From Paraspadella gotoi (lineage: Eukaryota > Animalia > Chaetognatha), in assembly GCA_051294375.1 (NCBI GenBank), contig CM119271.1:9104120-9168119 (forward strand): a stretch of DNA of 64,000 nucleotides. Direction: 5' to 3'. Positions 23,717 to 36,163 of the stretch are shown here, one piece after another. The first letter of the stretch is position 1, and each line of letters opens with the position of its first letter. The notes under the pieces were generated by a model, which saw only the letters and a program-made list of their open reading frames with translations, was not told the origin of the DNA and ran no database searches. The position numbers and the translations under genes were made by a program.

Positions 23717-24585
23717 GGCGTCCCCCTTCGTCGACTTTTACGACAGAAATAACCATCAGACTGTGGTCGGGTATTACGCCAGGTTCACCCCGCCTACGTA
23801 GAAGCATGACTCTTTCAGTTGTGACTCGGTGGCTCATGACCATAAGGTACCAGGATTGATTTCCAATGGTCAAATCGGGTAGCGTGGGATGACATTAAAC
23901 CGCCTTTGCGCATGGAAAACCCTCAAGCTTGGTTCCAAGCCCAGAACCCATTCCATTGCTGTTGAGCAAGCACAGATTATATGGATAGTAGTCTCCCTCG
24001 GCAGCAATAAAACGGGCCCTGTGCTTGGAACCAGGCTTGAGGGCTTTCTGGGATCTTTTCCAGTACTTAATGATCAGGAGCTGATGGCTTTACTTCTATA
24101 CTGAATGAGAAACAACTGAAAGTCATGTTTAATGGCGGGGTAAACTCGGCTCAATGCCCGACTACAAGACTACGATATTTTTCCTTTTTTTTTACAGAGT
24201 CTCGCACTATTTTTTAGTCATGAAAAAGTTTCTAGTAGTTATTAAAGGTACGAAAAAGAAGTGCCCATATTGTTTAACTCTGTAAAAAAGATTTAAAAAT
24301 ATCTATCCTCCAAGAAACTCCAAGAATTTGTTGTAGAGATCTTAGCACATTACCTGAGCATGGGTTAAAATTTTTAAAAGGCTTTTTCAAATAAAAAAAA
24401 AATTTAAAGTTAAAATTCTAATTTAAAAAAAAATTTACAAGATTGATTATTAATTTTAAAAAATTAACATTTTTTTAAAAAAACTTCCAAGAAAATTTTA
24501 AATCATGCTTAATCAAAATGATATGATCTCCCCTATGAGTTCTGATGTGTTTTTTCCGTCGTAAAAGTCGACGAAGGGGGACGCC
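23717..24585. mobile_element. TIR element (MITE) starting just after the TRAF stop codon, containing a nested Ginger-like MITE
   Basis: GGCGTCCCCCTTCGTCGACTTTTACGAC (23717) is inverted at ~24541-24585. The right flank reads GGTAAGGGTTAA (piggyBac-like CCC/TTAA end); the left end is diverged. Confidence 0.65.
23762..24166. mobile_element. Ginger-like MITE (TGT..ACA ends, long TIRs, 4-bp TSD AGAC) with a degenerate twister fold
   Basis: TGTGGTCGGGTATT…/…AATGCCCGACTACA, with AGAC on both sides. Homologous to 29690-30078. Confidence 0.8.
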
Positions 24586-25280
24586 AGGTAAGGGTTAAGA
24601 GGTCATAAAGGTTTGTCGTACGGTTATCAGAGGAGCTTTTACAAAGGCTTAAAATCCAAAAATATCCTACTTTAGAAAAGTTGTTGGTTCTCGCAAAGTT
24701 TCTTATTCCAATTTTAGTGAAAAAAACGAATATCACAATGAAAAATTTCTCAGGGTGTGATTTATGGACTTTCCAGGCCACTTTATGTGGCGTACCACTT
24801 CCGGTTCAAATTTGTTTTTTGAAATAAAATAGTTCTAGACTAAAATTAGTTATTTTTAAGCTTATTTTCTGGTTAATTATACATAGTTCTAAATATTCTA
24901 ATTTTTTTTATAAATTATATGTATACATGTATATTACTAAAATTATTAAATACTTATATTAATATTTCAGAACATAAAAAAAAGGAAATAATTGTATTTT
25001 TGAAAGAATTTTCTTATACTATTCTTTTGAATTAAAGTTAACAATAATTGTACTGTTAGTATTTATTAATATATATATTTTTAATATTATTTTATTAGTT
25101 AATTGATCAATAATAACCTCGAGGGTGCGCCAATTAGCCTCGCTAATAACAGTAAGAACAATTATAGCCAAAAATTTAACTACTTTGAATGAAAAGTACA
25201 AAATTCAAAATAATCTTTAAAGAAGTAAAAATAAGTTTTAAAAAAATATGATTTTACTAATTTTATGAATTCTAATTTGT

Positions 25281-25324
25281 ATCGCTGATGAAGGCTCAAA
25301 TTGTGAGCCGAAACATGTTCGTCT
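25281..25324 (+). ncRNA. Minimal type-I hammerhead ribozyme-like motif (Penelope-associated type)
   Basis: CG-CTGATGA-A-GGCTC(AAATTGT)GAGCC-GAAA-CATG-TT-CG: conserved core, 5-bp stem II, palindromic short stem III, weak stem I. Confidence 0.6.
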
Positions 25325-25728
25325 AATAATAAAATTGTTGCAAATAAATTACTCGTCTCCATAAAAAGCATTAAAACGCGAATTTTAAAGACATATCAAC
25401 ATATCAACTGTGTTGGTTCAAAGGCCATGTGGATTCCACTTTAAGATTTGGGAATCTACAATAAACCTACACCGATATCACTAACTTAACAAAATAACTA
25501 GGTAAGTCAGCGGTTATTGACAAAAAGCATCGATAATTATATAAAGAAATCAATAGATTCCGGTAAGGCAGTCGTAAAATATCATTCAGAATATGAATTT
25601 TTAAATAAACTATGTTTAACTCGCCCTCCTCTCCTCCATTTATTTTAATTACCTTGACCCCCCTATCTATCTCTTTATATTGTAATTTCTTTCGTTTTGT
25701 TGTAGTTAGTAAGTTTTAGATACAAAGT

Positions 25729-25910
25729 TTTTTATTGTTAAAAAACAAATGTAAAAGTGAAACAAAAAATACGGACATGGTTCGGCTCTGATAAGAGCGC
25801 GAATTTGCTTTGTGAAAATTTTCATTTTCACGAAGCAAATTCGCGCTTTTATCAGAGCCGAACCATGTCTGTATTTTTTGTTTCACTTTTACCGTTGTTT
25901 TTAAACAAAA
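25729..25910. repeat. ~85-bp-arm near-perfect palindrome
   Basis: GTAAAAGTGAAACAAAAAATACGGACATGGTTCGGCTCTGATAAGAGCGCGAATTTGCTTTGTGAAAAT is mirrored across a short spacer. Confidence 0.85.
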
Positions 25911-25990
25911 AATATATTTTCTTTCTATTTTGATTAGTGATTAGATGTTTACAAACAATGAATTTTATGTATTAAAAACGGACATCTTTT

Positions 25991-26032
25991 AACGCTGAAG
26001 AAGGCTTGGATTAAAGCCAAAACTTGTCCTTT
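25991..26032 (+). ncRNA. Degenerate minimal hammerhead-like motif
   Basis: CG-CTGAAGA-A-GGCTT…AAGCC-AAAA-CTTG-TC; the core GAAA is mutated to AAAA. Confidence 0.4.
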
Positions 26033-28080
26033 TTTAATAACTAAAACTCATTGTTATAATCATAGTCATTAATTTTTTTAATAAAATTTTTTTTAAGCAT
26101 TTATGAATGAAAAAGCCGTTTTCTTAATCAAACCTTAATCATAATTCGAGAGGCAAAATTCATTTGCTTATTATTTTCAAAATATTGACTTTCAAAAAAA
26201 TTCACAACCCACATTTAAGAAACTGTTTAGAAGAAAATAAATAATAAATTTTTAAAAGATATATTTTTTTTTGCATTGGTTGACCTTTTGGGAATTCATG
26301 TCTGCTCATGGGTTGAATAATCCCCTTAATAGTTCTAATTGTATACAAAATTTTTATAAAATTAGTTGACAATTTTGTCAAAAACCGATTATGTAAAAAA
26401 ATGTGCATTTTTAATATATAGTCTTTTTAATTGTTATCGTTTTACATCATTTGTGAACCAAAACCAAAAAATTAAGTTTTCGCGTTATAAGTAAATATAT
26501 TTGGACTAATTTACTAATTGTGCTGACGGAATAACTGCTTGGTTCTTTCAAAAATCGGTGTCTTTTTTCAACTGGAAGTGGTTTGCGCCAAAAGTGGCGA
26601 GGAAAGTCCATAAAGAGCATTCGAAAATTTTTTTTAGGGTGATATAATAATATTAATGAGCTGATGGTATTATAATATTTCATATTATATTTTTAAAAGA
26701 ACCTGGACTTCTTAATTTATTACATTTTCTAGTTCTAGTACAGTTCTGATACCCTTGCAACAACCGGGCATGACCTCCCCAAAATTAAAATGAAGAAATA
26801 GGAAAGAAAGACAAAACAGTCACGTAAGAAAAAAAACCGCCACTTTCAATTGACTTTTAAAAACTAACATATATTCCTTAAATTGAAAAAAAAACATATT
26901 TTTCATATTTTTTTCTAAATATAATTCTCAGCATTTTATAGTGTAGAAAATAATATAGTAAAATTTATACAGAATTTTTTTATATTTTCCATGTAAGTTT
27001 TAAACTTTTTTTTTAAACGACTATTTTGAGAACATTTTCCTTATCATTTTAATAATCTGCAAAGCCGGATGAATTTGGTCCGACTTTGAAAATTTAGTTA
27101 TGCGCGACTTTATAAGACTCGGTAGATCTGCTCTCCTCGCATATTTTTTATACCTTTTATTTGGTTTTTTATTGTCATTTACATTTAAATTTGTAACTTA
27201 TTGGAGGCTATTTCTCTTTAGAATGGTTTAGATATATATTAATAGCGAAAATCCCTTTTCTCAGGAAAAGCGAGCAATGCACCATGACGAATTTTACAAT
27301 ATCTCAAGCGTACTATCACTCTACAAATGAACGCTGTGTCAAATTGGTAAAGTGAATTTTTAATTTGAAAGAACCACCAGAAAGATAAGTTTATAGTTTT
27401 TTTTTTTGGTATGTCCATTATCATGTTTATTTGCATTTTTAATAACATGATGCGCAGTTTAAATGAGGAGGGATTTTTCTTTTGACAATGGCTCAAAAAA
27501 TTTAGGTGATATTAAATTTGTTGCTGTCCAGCTCTTGGTTAGAAAAATTGTTCATTTTGCCCATGCCAAGATTTTTGTAGAATGGGAGTGATTGACCGTG
27601 ATTAATTTCAAAATAAAAGATGTTAAGAATGATTGTCTAGAAAATTGGTTTTGAGAGACGCTCATTAAGTTTAGCTTGAGGAAACTGATAAACGCTATAA
27701 AATTAATATGCAGCTTATGATGTTGGATACTAAAACTATTTTCCAGCTGACTGCAGCTTGGTACCATTGCCAATGTAAATGACTTTATCAAACCATCTGC
27801 ATATCCGTAACATTCTTTCAATTAAAATCCATAAAATACTTTTAAATCTAGAAGGACTATAGTGAAAATCAGTCACGAAAGGCCTGTGATGATCAATATA
27901 ACGTTGTGACATAATAATATTTAACCAAGTAACTGAAAAACTAGCCGGTGGGGAGTTAGATTTAAAAAAGGGTGGCAGTTAAAAAGATTTAAAATATTAA
28001 AATTGACAAAAAGTATTTGCGACTTATGATTTCAGTGCTGATAAAATTTGATATAATTGTCTGATTTTTAAAATAAAGAC

Positions 28081-28150
28081 ATAAAGGACGTTTTAAAATT
28101 GTTCAACAACGATTTTATTTGTTGTTGAACAATTTTAAAACGTCCTTTAT
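28081..28150. repeat. Perfect 29-bp inverted repeat (hairpin)
   Basis: ATAAAGGACGTTTTAAAATTGTTCAACAA / TTGTTGAACAATTTTAAAACGTCCTTTAT. Confidence 0.9.
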
Positions 28151-28572
28151 CATCCAAACACAACGAAACGAAAGGAAAACGATGTCAAATAAGACATATA
28201 ACACTGTAAGAATTCTTAAATCCAGTCAGTACAGTAACTGCATATTTAAAACTGTACTGATTCACTGCATTCATTTGTAAAGTGACAGTAAGCTTGAGAC
28301 ACTTTTATATTTATAAACTACAGAAAACCAAATTTGATGAAAACTTATATAAAGAGTTTCGTTCCTATGGCCAATTTTTGGCCATGCAAATGGATTGTCG
28401 AACAATTTTTGAAGTTAAACAAACACTGTGCCGAGATGTGGAGCCTTTGGGAGAAAATTGCCCATTTTTTTTAATATGAAATTTTTTTTACAGGATCAGT
28501 TATATTTATATCTTAAGTAAAAAATCATTTAAAGCCCAATTGGATGTATTTTCATTTATTTAATTTATTTAG

Positions 28573-29580
28573 CAGCAACAAACGACTCATCAGATCTTCT
28601 TTCTCAATCACAGACGGTCACCACCACTCTCTACCGCTATCCTCAGCCGGTTCTCTGTACAGTAAGGCGTAGTGAAAGTTACATACGAAGATTCTAAAAG
28701 TCAATTATGAACAACATACCATCAGTGAACATTAATTTGTAAAAAAATTAATTTTATATTTTTTAATTTTGCAGTAGGCTATATTTATATATAGTACTAT
28801 CCTTATAAAATTGAAAAATTTCAAAATAGGCTTTTCTTAATTTTGATTGCAGATTTGAATTCCTCGTCAAAAGTTGATAAAGAAAATATAAATCATTTTT
28901 AAAAATTATTTCATTAAGTGGGTTAAAAATTTAAAAAACTATATTTAATATATATAAAGTTAATTTTCAGCTTAAAATATAGCTTTTTCTAATTTTTGAC
29001 CCACTTAATAAAGGAATTTTTCAAAAAGAGTTATATTTCTTTTATCAACTTTTTATGACGAATCCAAATCTGCAAAAAAATCTTAGAAAAAACTGTTTTG
29101 AAATTTTAACATTTATTGGTTTAGTACTAGTATAAATATGGCTACTGCGTAAATTGTAAAATTTATCTAAATTTTTTTATTAGATAAATGTTCATTAGTA
29201 TAGTGTTGTTCATTCCTCACTTTTAGAATTTTAATTAAAGTTAAATTTAGCAATTTTACTACGCCTTACTGTACAGTTGTTTATGGTTTTAGACTTAGCC
29301 TTATTTGGAATTGATTTTTTTTATTCGTTGGAGAATAAATCATTTTCGATCTGAATGAGCCTGACCCTTACGTGATTATTTAAACGAGACTAGTTTCAGA
29401 TCGAGAATGATTTATTCTCCAACGAATAAAACGGGAATCAATTCCAAATAATGCTGAAACCATAAACAATAAACTGTACAGAAAGATCGGCTGAGGACAG
29501 CCGGGAGAGTGGTGGTGACCGATGATTAGTCATTGATTGAGAAAGAGAGAGAGATGATCTGATGAGTTCGTGTGTTGCTC
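28573..29580. mobile_element. Foldback (long inverted-arm) element interrupted by a MITE
   Basis: 28573-28659 joined to 29272-29363 is the reverse complement of ~29395-29580. Confidence 0.7.
28660..29271. mobile_element. Tc1/mariner-type MITE with TA TSD, almost fully palindromic
   Basis: TA|CAGTAAGGCGTAGTGAAA … TTTTACTACGCCTTACTG|TA; inverted similarity extends to the centre. Confidence 0.85.
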
Positions 29581-29689
29581 TTGCCACATGTTCATCATTT
29601 TCCGGTTGTCTCCCCAGGGTCACATATCTCTCCTTTGGGGTTGAATTTTAAAATTCGCCTCGATTGTTCTATTTGTATAGTCAGAGATA

Positions 29690-30078
29690 TGTAGTCTGGC
29701 ATTGCCTAAGTTCACCCCGCCTATAAGCATGACACCTTCAGTTGTGACCCGGTGACTCGTTGAGTAAAGCCATCAACTCAGGTACCGGGTTCAATCCCAA
29801 CCCTGTACCTACCCTGTGGGAAGCGTGAGGATGGCTGTAAACCGCCTTGGGGGTGTGGAAAACCCACAAGCCTGGTTCTAAGCCCAGGAACGTTCCATGG
29901 CTGCTAGAGGGTTTAAAGAAGTTGTGAATAGTCATCTTCAGCCCACTTAGCACCTTATCCACACAGGTGGTCACGTCCGTCTCCTAGTGGTCATGAACTG
30001 ATGGCTTTACTCCATGAGCCACCGGGTCACAACTGAAGGTGTCATAGGCGAGGTTAACTTAGGCAATGCCCGACTACC
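29690..30078. mobile_element. Ginger-like MITE with ~90-bp TIRs, 4-bp TSD GATA, a Pol III-like head and a twister fold
   Basis: GATA|TGTAGTCTGGCATTGCCTAAGTT…AACTTAGGCAATGCCCGACTACC|GATA. B-box-like GGTTCAATCCC at ~29788. Confidence 0.85.
29815..29899 (+). ncRNA. Twister ribozyme-like fold, type P5
   Basis: GCGT-GAGGA-TGGCTG-TAA-ACC-GCC, then a P3 hairpin, then CCTGG-TTCTAAGC-CCAGG. Pseudoknot TCT/GGA; P5 GGAA/TTCC. Confidence 0.65.
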
Positions 30079-32507
30079 GATAAACCATACCAATTTGAAT
30101 GCCGTTCGCTTCAGTATTTTGCTTGGAACCGGTTCTGGGCTCCAAAGAACGAGTTATAATACACAGATTTCAAATGGGAGTGAAATGAAATGATCAAATA
30201 CTGTGCCCCAAATTATTTGTTATAGCAACTTCAGATTATTCACCTTGGCAAAAAAATCGGTGACGTTTTTTATTTTCTAACTCCCATTAGTCCATCTTGC
30301 TTAGTTTCTTAGTTATGTGCTCATCAATGGAATGGTCGAATTTCAAATAGGAATGTTTTTGCATTTGAATATGACCTTCCTGTTATAATATATATTTTTA
30401 AGAAAAAAAAAAAGAAGTTATGAAAAATTGGTTTATCTTACAGATATAGAAATTGGAGTATGTGCCTTAGCAATCGGAATGTCAAAAACTTTTTCACAGC
30501 CACTTACATAAAATAAAAATTTCAGCTGAGAAAAAAAAATGGAAAAGAACAATGACATGGCAATAGCCTGTTGCCTCACTAAACCTTGAAGTATATTAAT
30601 AACAATTTTTTTGTATACTCTCAAGACATGCTAACTAATGAATATAAAATAAATTCAATTATTTTCGATCAATTTTTTTCACAATGAGTTTAAAATTAAA
30701 TTGTCAATTAAGAGGGGAGAAAGGTCGCAAAAAAAAAACTGCTGGAAGGCAAGTGCACCAGTTGTTATTATGTAAAGTATTATCAATTTGCTTTATAAGA
30801 ACATAAACGTCAGGAATTTTCCAACTAATGAGATGATCAATAATTATCAATCATATTGAGTCGGTTAAGAGTAATAACAAATCTTTTCATTTCACTCACT
30901 TGAAATCCGTATATGAAACCATCAGTAAATGACGACGACTGTTTTATGATTCGGCCCTTTCCAACGGTCATCTGAGTAGTCAGTAGGCATAAAAATGTTT
31001 TCTTTCCTTGCTGCCAACTTGGGCACCGCCAATTACCGATAATTACAAATGACAGAATCACTTTACACCTTCTCAGCTACGGTAACCTCTTGTATTATGG
31101 ATTAGGATGTCTCCGAAAATGATTGAAACTGCTGAACAAAAACGTCCGGTCAATTTTAAAACTTCACTAATATCATACCAGTGAACTATGAAAATGATTT
31201 TTCCACCAGTCTGTCCTAAATCTACAAATCAAAATTTGTTATGGGGTATTAAACTTCCAACGCAGGTTGCCAGAACTGGAACTGATTAAAGGGACTTTTG
31301 GTAAATTTTTTTTTAAAAATCTGCGACGGACGACAGATCCTTTTGCCGAAAAACGTTTTATTCTGACCCAACATCGAACGAGAAGTTTAAAAGCGTGATG
31401 AGTAACTGAAATAACGTATTATGCTTGCTTAATGCATAGTTCATATTCTGATTTAACTCGTATATTTTAAATGTTAATAAAATCTGTGAACCATCCCCTG
31501 AAGCATTTTCTCTCTCTCTGTATTTTTAGACAAATAAATGCCGACATGGTTAGTTTCACTATTCCTGATAATGCCTTTTGCGAATATTCCTCTTTCAAAA
31601 TACAAGCCGCTACTGTACGCTGGTGCCATTTGACTGAAAAACTTTTGAGGTTCTGTAGTGTTTCTTATACAGAGTTATTTCCATAACTCTTTATTTAGCT
31701 TCGATTCGCTGCGCAAGTATAATGCGGTGTTTCAGTTTTTATTAAAACAACTATTTGTTTCTAATTTTTATAACAGAAGGAAGGGCTGTGTCAATAATTT
31801 TTTTTGTCGTTCAATTTTTGCGCTGATAAAAAGCTATGTATCATCATCAATTTTGACTTTTTCTATTTTTTATATTTTTGATTGTCTATAACACTAGGAG
31901 GTGAAAACTATTCTAATGATTTAATTTTGATTAAAATAATCAGAAAACTTTTAATACGCTCCTATTAAAATTAAACTTACACTAAAGCAAAACAAAATCA
32001 ACTTTCACGACATTTGTTTAAAGTTTTAAATATATTTTTACTACTTTCGTTTTGTTGTAGTGCAGTTAAATATCTACACTTAACGGTTGAACCTCAACCG
32101 AGACACTTTACAAACTTCAATGTGTATTGTATCTGCTATTATTTAGTTATCAAATCGTTTCGCAATAATAATAATAAATAATAATAATAATAAATCTAAT
32201 CAAATTATATGTCGATTGAAACTCTCGCCTCCGCAGAAACTGGTGCGAAAATTTTATATTTCTCAAAAATTAGAAATATTAATGATAGTACTCTCTAAGG
32301 GAAAATTCACCTAAAACTTGCTTTTTCATTGAAAAAAATATATTCACTGATGCAACAATACAATACAATTTTTTAGACTTTAAAAAATGTTGTGAATATT
32401 CTTTGCACGTCCATGTATATGATTCTGAATTTTTGAAAAAATTCTCAGAAAAAAATCAAAAAAAGAAAGATCAACAAGTGTAGCCTTTGATTTTTAGTTT
32501 TTTCAAA

Positions 32508-34339
32508 ATGAAGGGGCGCTGTTTAATCCTCATCGGCGCCGTCTTCTTGGTAGTCAGCGTCTGCACCGTGACTGACGGTCATGGCCATTCTCACGACGAA
32601 CCTCCCTCCTTCAAGTATTCGAAGGAAGCCAACTACCAGCGGGACGAACCTGACCCTATTCCATCTCACCATGGTCATTCTCACGACGGACACGGCCACC
32701 ATGGTCACGCCCACCACGGTCACTCGCACGATAACCACGGCCACTCGCATGGCGGCCACGCCCATCACGGCCACTCGCATGGCGGCCACGCCCATCACGG
32801 CCACTCGCACGACCACCATGGGCATCAACATCATCATGGCCAGGCGCCACGCGGCGCCTCGCCGTCCCAAGGCGGGCCCGTGTGGGGCGAGGATGAGCGG
32901 ATGGACCTGGACCTTTTAGGCTTTCGCTTCTCGCGGCGCCGCGTCGACGTCTGGATTAACGCACTGCTCTCCACGGCGCTTATCTCCGCGGCGCCCTTCT
33001 TCATTCTCTTCTTCATTCCTATTCAGTCGAATTCCGAAGAGTCCAAGGTAGGGGGTTTCGATTTTCTTAACTTATTAATACTTTAACACTTTAATACTTT
33101 AACTTTAGTCAACATTGTTGACTCAACAATATCGCTTTCTTGCCCACTTCTTTGCCGCACCATTATTTCTTTTAAAAACTTTTTTCTCTTTCTTAAAGTT
33201 TATTGTATTTATTCTACTTTTTTTCATACCAACTGTTTTTTTTCCTACGATTTTTTATTTTATTTCAATGGATTTACTATTTCCCCCTCCCCTTCCAGTT
33301 TTACTTGATGTTTTCACGTTTTCCAAGTCGTTTCTTCCCATCGCATCCATTTTCCCTCACCTCCTCCCACAGCCCTTCCTCAACGTCCTCCTCGCCTTCG
33401 CCTCCGGCGGCCTCCTCGGCGACGCCTTTCTCCACCTCATTCCCCACGCCGTCTCCCCGCACTCCCACGGCGGGGAGGAACCCCACGCCCACACCCATTC
33501 GCACGGCCACTCCCACGACGGCCACGGAGGTCACGACCTCTGCGTTGGTCTCTGGGTCTTGGCCGGGATCCTCACCTTTCTTTGCGTCGAGAAGTTCGTC
33601 CGAATCGTCAAGGGAGGCGGACACGGACACTCGCACGGAGGCGAAGGCGAAGGCGAGAAGAAGAAAGAAGAAGAGGAAAAGAAAGGGAAAAAGAAAGAAG
33701 GAGAGAAGAAGGAAAGCAACAAAGAAGGAGATAAAAAGGAAAATGAAAAGGATAAAAAGGAGAAGAAACCTGAGGAGGAGGAGGAGGAAGAAGAGGAGAT
33801 CAAAGTGGCGGGCTATCTCAATCTGGCCGCTGATTTCACCCACAACTTCACCGACGGCTTGGCGGTCGGGGCTTCCTACATGGCCGGAACCTCCGTGGGC
33901 GTGGTCACGACGCTCACAATCTTGCTGCACGAGGTGCCGCATGAGATCGGGGACTTTGCCATACTGGTGCAGAGCGGGTGAGTTGCTCCTGCATTATATA
34001 TATATGAAGATATATGAAAAATGAATAGAATATACACGTATAGTAAATAAAAAGTTCCTTCCAAACTTCAGCTACAAAAAAAGTCGGGCGATGATGCTTC
34101 AACTGTCGACGGCGACCGGCGCCATGGCCGGAACCGTCTTGGGCCTTATGTCGGATGGCGACGCCGCTTCGGGCTCCTGGATTCTCCCCTTCACCGCCGG
34201 CGGCTTCATCTACATCGCCACGGTCTCTGTCATCCCGGAGTTGCTGGAGAGCAAGCCCAGCCTGTGGCAGACCGTCAAAGAGATCGTCGCCATGCTCACC
34301 GGCATCGCTCTCATGATCTTCATCGCATTTTACGAATGA
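32508..34339 (+). CDS. SLC39A7: Zinc transporter ZIP7 (Catsup/KE4)
   Basis: Exons 32508-33047, 33373-33977 and 34072-34339. Signal peptide, [11 protein letters not shown], His-rich N-terminus, [39 protein letters not shown]. Confidence 0.97.
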
Positions 34340-34765
34340 CGGAAGTGGACGTTTAGTCGTTTATCTCTGTCGCCGGCGCCGAGAAAAACGAAAGAAAGAA
34401 CCGTTGAGGAAACTTTTAATCAACTCGAGTCAGTCAGAATTATGACTGGGATTTTTTTTATAATCTCAATGCTGTTATAATGTTTTAGCGCATTTTTTTT
34501 CTAGGCTTAAATCATCAATAATATTGATACACAGTGTGTAGCTAGTTTCTTAGGTGCGTAATTATATATTCCGCGTACGAAAAAAGTGTGCTCTTTGTAG
34601 TGAAAATTGACATTTTTCATAGACCTCACGTTGTTATCCCAATCTCTGCGTTTAATCTTTATTTCATCGTGCATTAAAAATCAAGAACCCCAATTCACTC
34701 CGTCTAGTACACGTTTTTTTTCCCCTGCCCGGTTTTTCAGTGTCCTTTTGTTTTTTCGCGACCGA

Positions 34766-34965
34766 ATGTGCGCGACTTCGTGTTGCGACGCTAGCGACCT
34801 GCTCGATCTGACGGCGGTCTCCTTCGAGTCTCTCGTCGACGCCGCGCGGGGGTGCCGAGACGCCCTGGCCGAACTCGCGGCGTCGTCATGGAGTGAGTTA
34901 ATTTGAATGCGGTCGAGCGGAATACAAAAGAAAAAAAAACCCAGGAGATTAAATGATTCCGATCC

Positions 34966-34996
<31 letters not shown>

Positions 34997-36163
34997 TTGA
35001 TTCGTTCCTCGTCCCGTTTTCGGCTAATTTCACGTCAAGTCGGACCCACCCATCTTCCGTCCATGGATCCCTTGGTGGATCACCTCCGCCTCCCGGCTTC
35101 CTCGACGCCGGAAATCGACTTTTCCGACGCCCAATTTTGGCGCGCGGTGGCGCTAATTCTCTGGGCGCCGATTTTCTGGAACATCGTGGCGCGGCTCGAG
35201 CATCGGCGCCGTTATCTCACCGGAGTTTTTTTCGGGCGCGCCAAGTTGGCCCTCGCCTTTTTCGCTCTGACGATAATGTTGGTGGGGATGGCGAGGAATC
35301 ATCAGGTTGGTAATGAGGGTGGGGGAGGGGGAAGTGAAGAAAGGATTGAGTGAGATGCAGATAGGAGCGAGAATTAGAAAGTTGCTTCCCCCCCAATTTC
35401 AGTTCAACGTCGTGTGTCACTCTCAACCAAGTTGGATTTTTCTTCGGCAAAATAAATTTCTCATTTCCGGTTACGTCAGGTTCGACATTTTGAAATCCAT
35501 CTAATTCGCCATTTTGAATTCCCTTTAATTCGCCAATATGAATTCCATTAGTCAGCTCAACTTCGCATCAAACTCATTTCTTTTCTTCCAGCTGCGGCGT
35601 CGGCGCGATGCTAGTCTTCCTCTCTTTCTACCATCTCGGATTCTTCGCCACGTTTTTAGGAGATTACTTTGGTCAGTTTTCATAGGCAGAGGCCTTGTGA
35701 ACTTCTTGAACTAAAGCTCAAAATTTTAATTTCATTTTCTTTTCTGATTTAAATCGGATTTTCATCTCGACCACTTGCAGATATCTTATCAGCATCGAAA
35801 ATCTAATCAATGTCGTTGAAATCAACGAGTGAGTTTAAGTAGTCATTTTTCCTTCTTGCTCTCTCTCTCTCGCACTCTCACACAGGGGTCTTCACTCACT
35901 CCAGCCCCGTCACAAAATTTCCCTTCTCTCTCACCCGCGATCCGATGTATTGGGGATCGGCTCTCATCTTCTTCGGACTAGCGTTGATCAAGTCAAGTCC
36001 CGTCGGCGTCCTACTCGCCGCCCTCGTCGCCGCCTCTTACAAAATGGCGCTGCTCTTCGAGGCACCTTTCACCACGGCCATTTACGAAGAAAAAGCGCGC
36101 CGGGAAGACCGATTGGAAAGTCGGACGGAAGACGGCGATGGGAAGGGAACCAAGTCATATTGA
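34766..36163 (+). CDS. PEMT: Phosphatidylethanolamine N-methyltransferase
   Basis: Exons 34766-34892, 35040-35305, 35403-35479, 35592-35671 and 35886-36163. PIFWNIVARLEH, GFFATFLGDYFG, VTKFPFS…DPMYWGS, EAPFTTAIY. Confidence 0.93.

Noticed and set aside
31540-31620. hAT dimerisation-like peptide (TIPDNAFCEYSSFK)
   Set aside because: Weak similarity with no supporting TIRs or further motifs.
32523-33942. Antisense and alternate-frame ORFs over SLC39A7 (likewise over RAD9, ENTR1, LEKR1)
   Set aside because: Shadow ORFs of GC-rich or repetitive coding exons.
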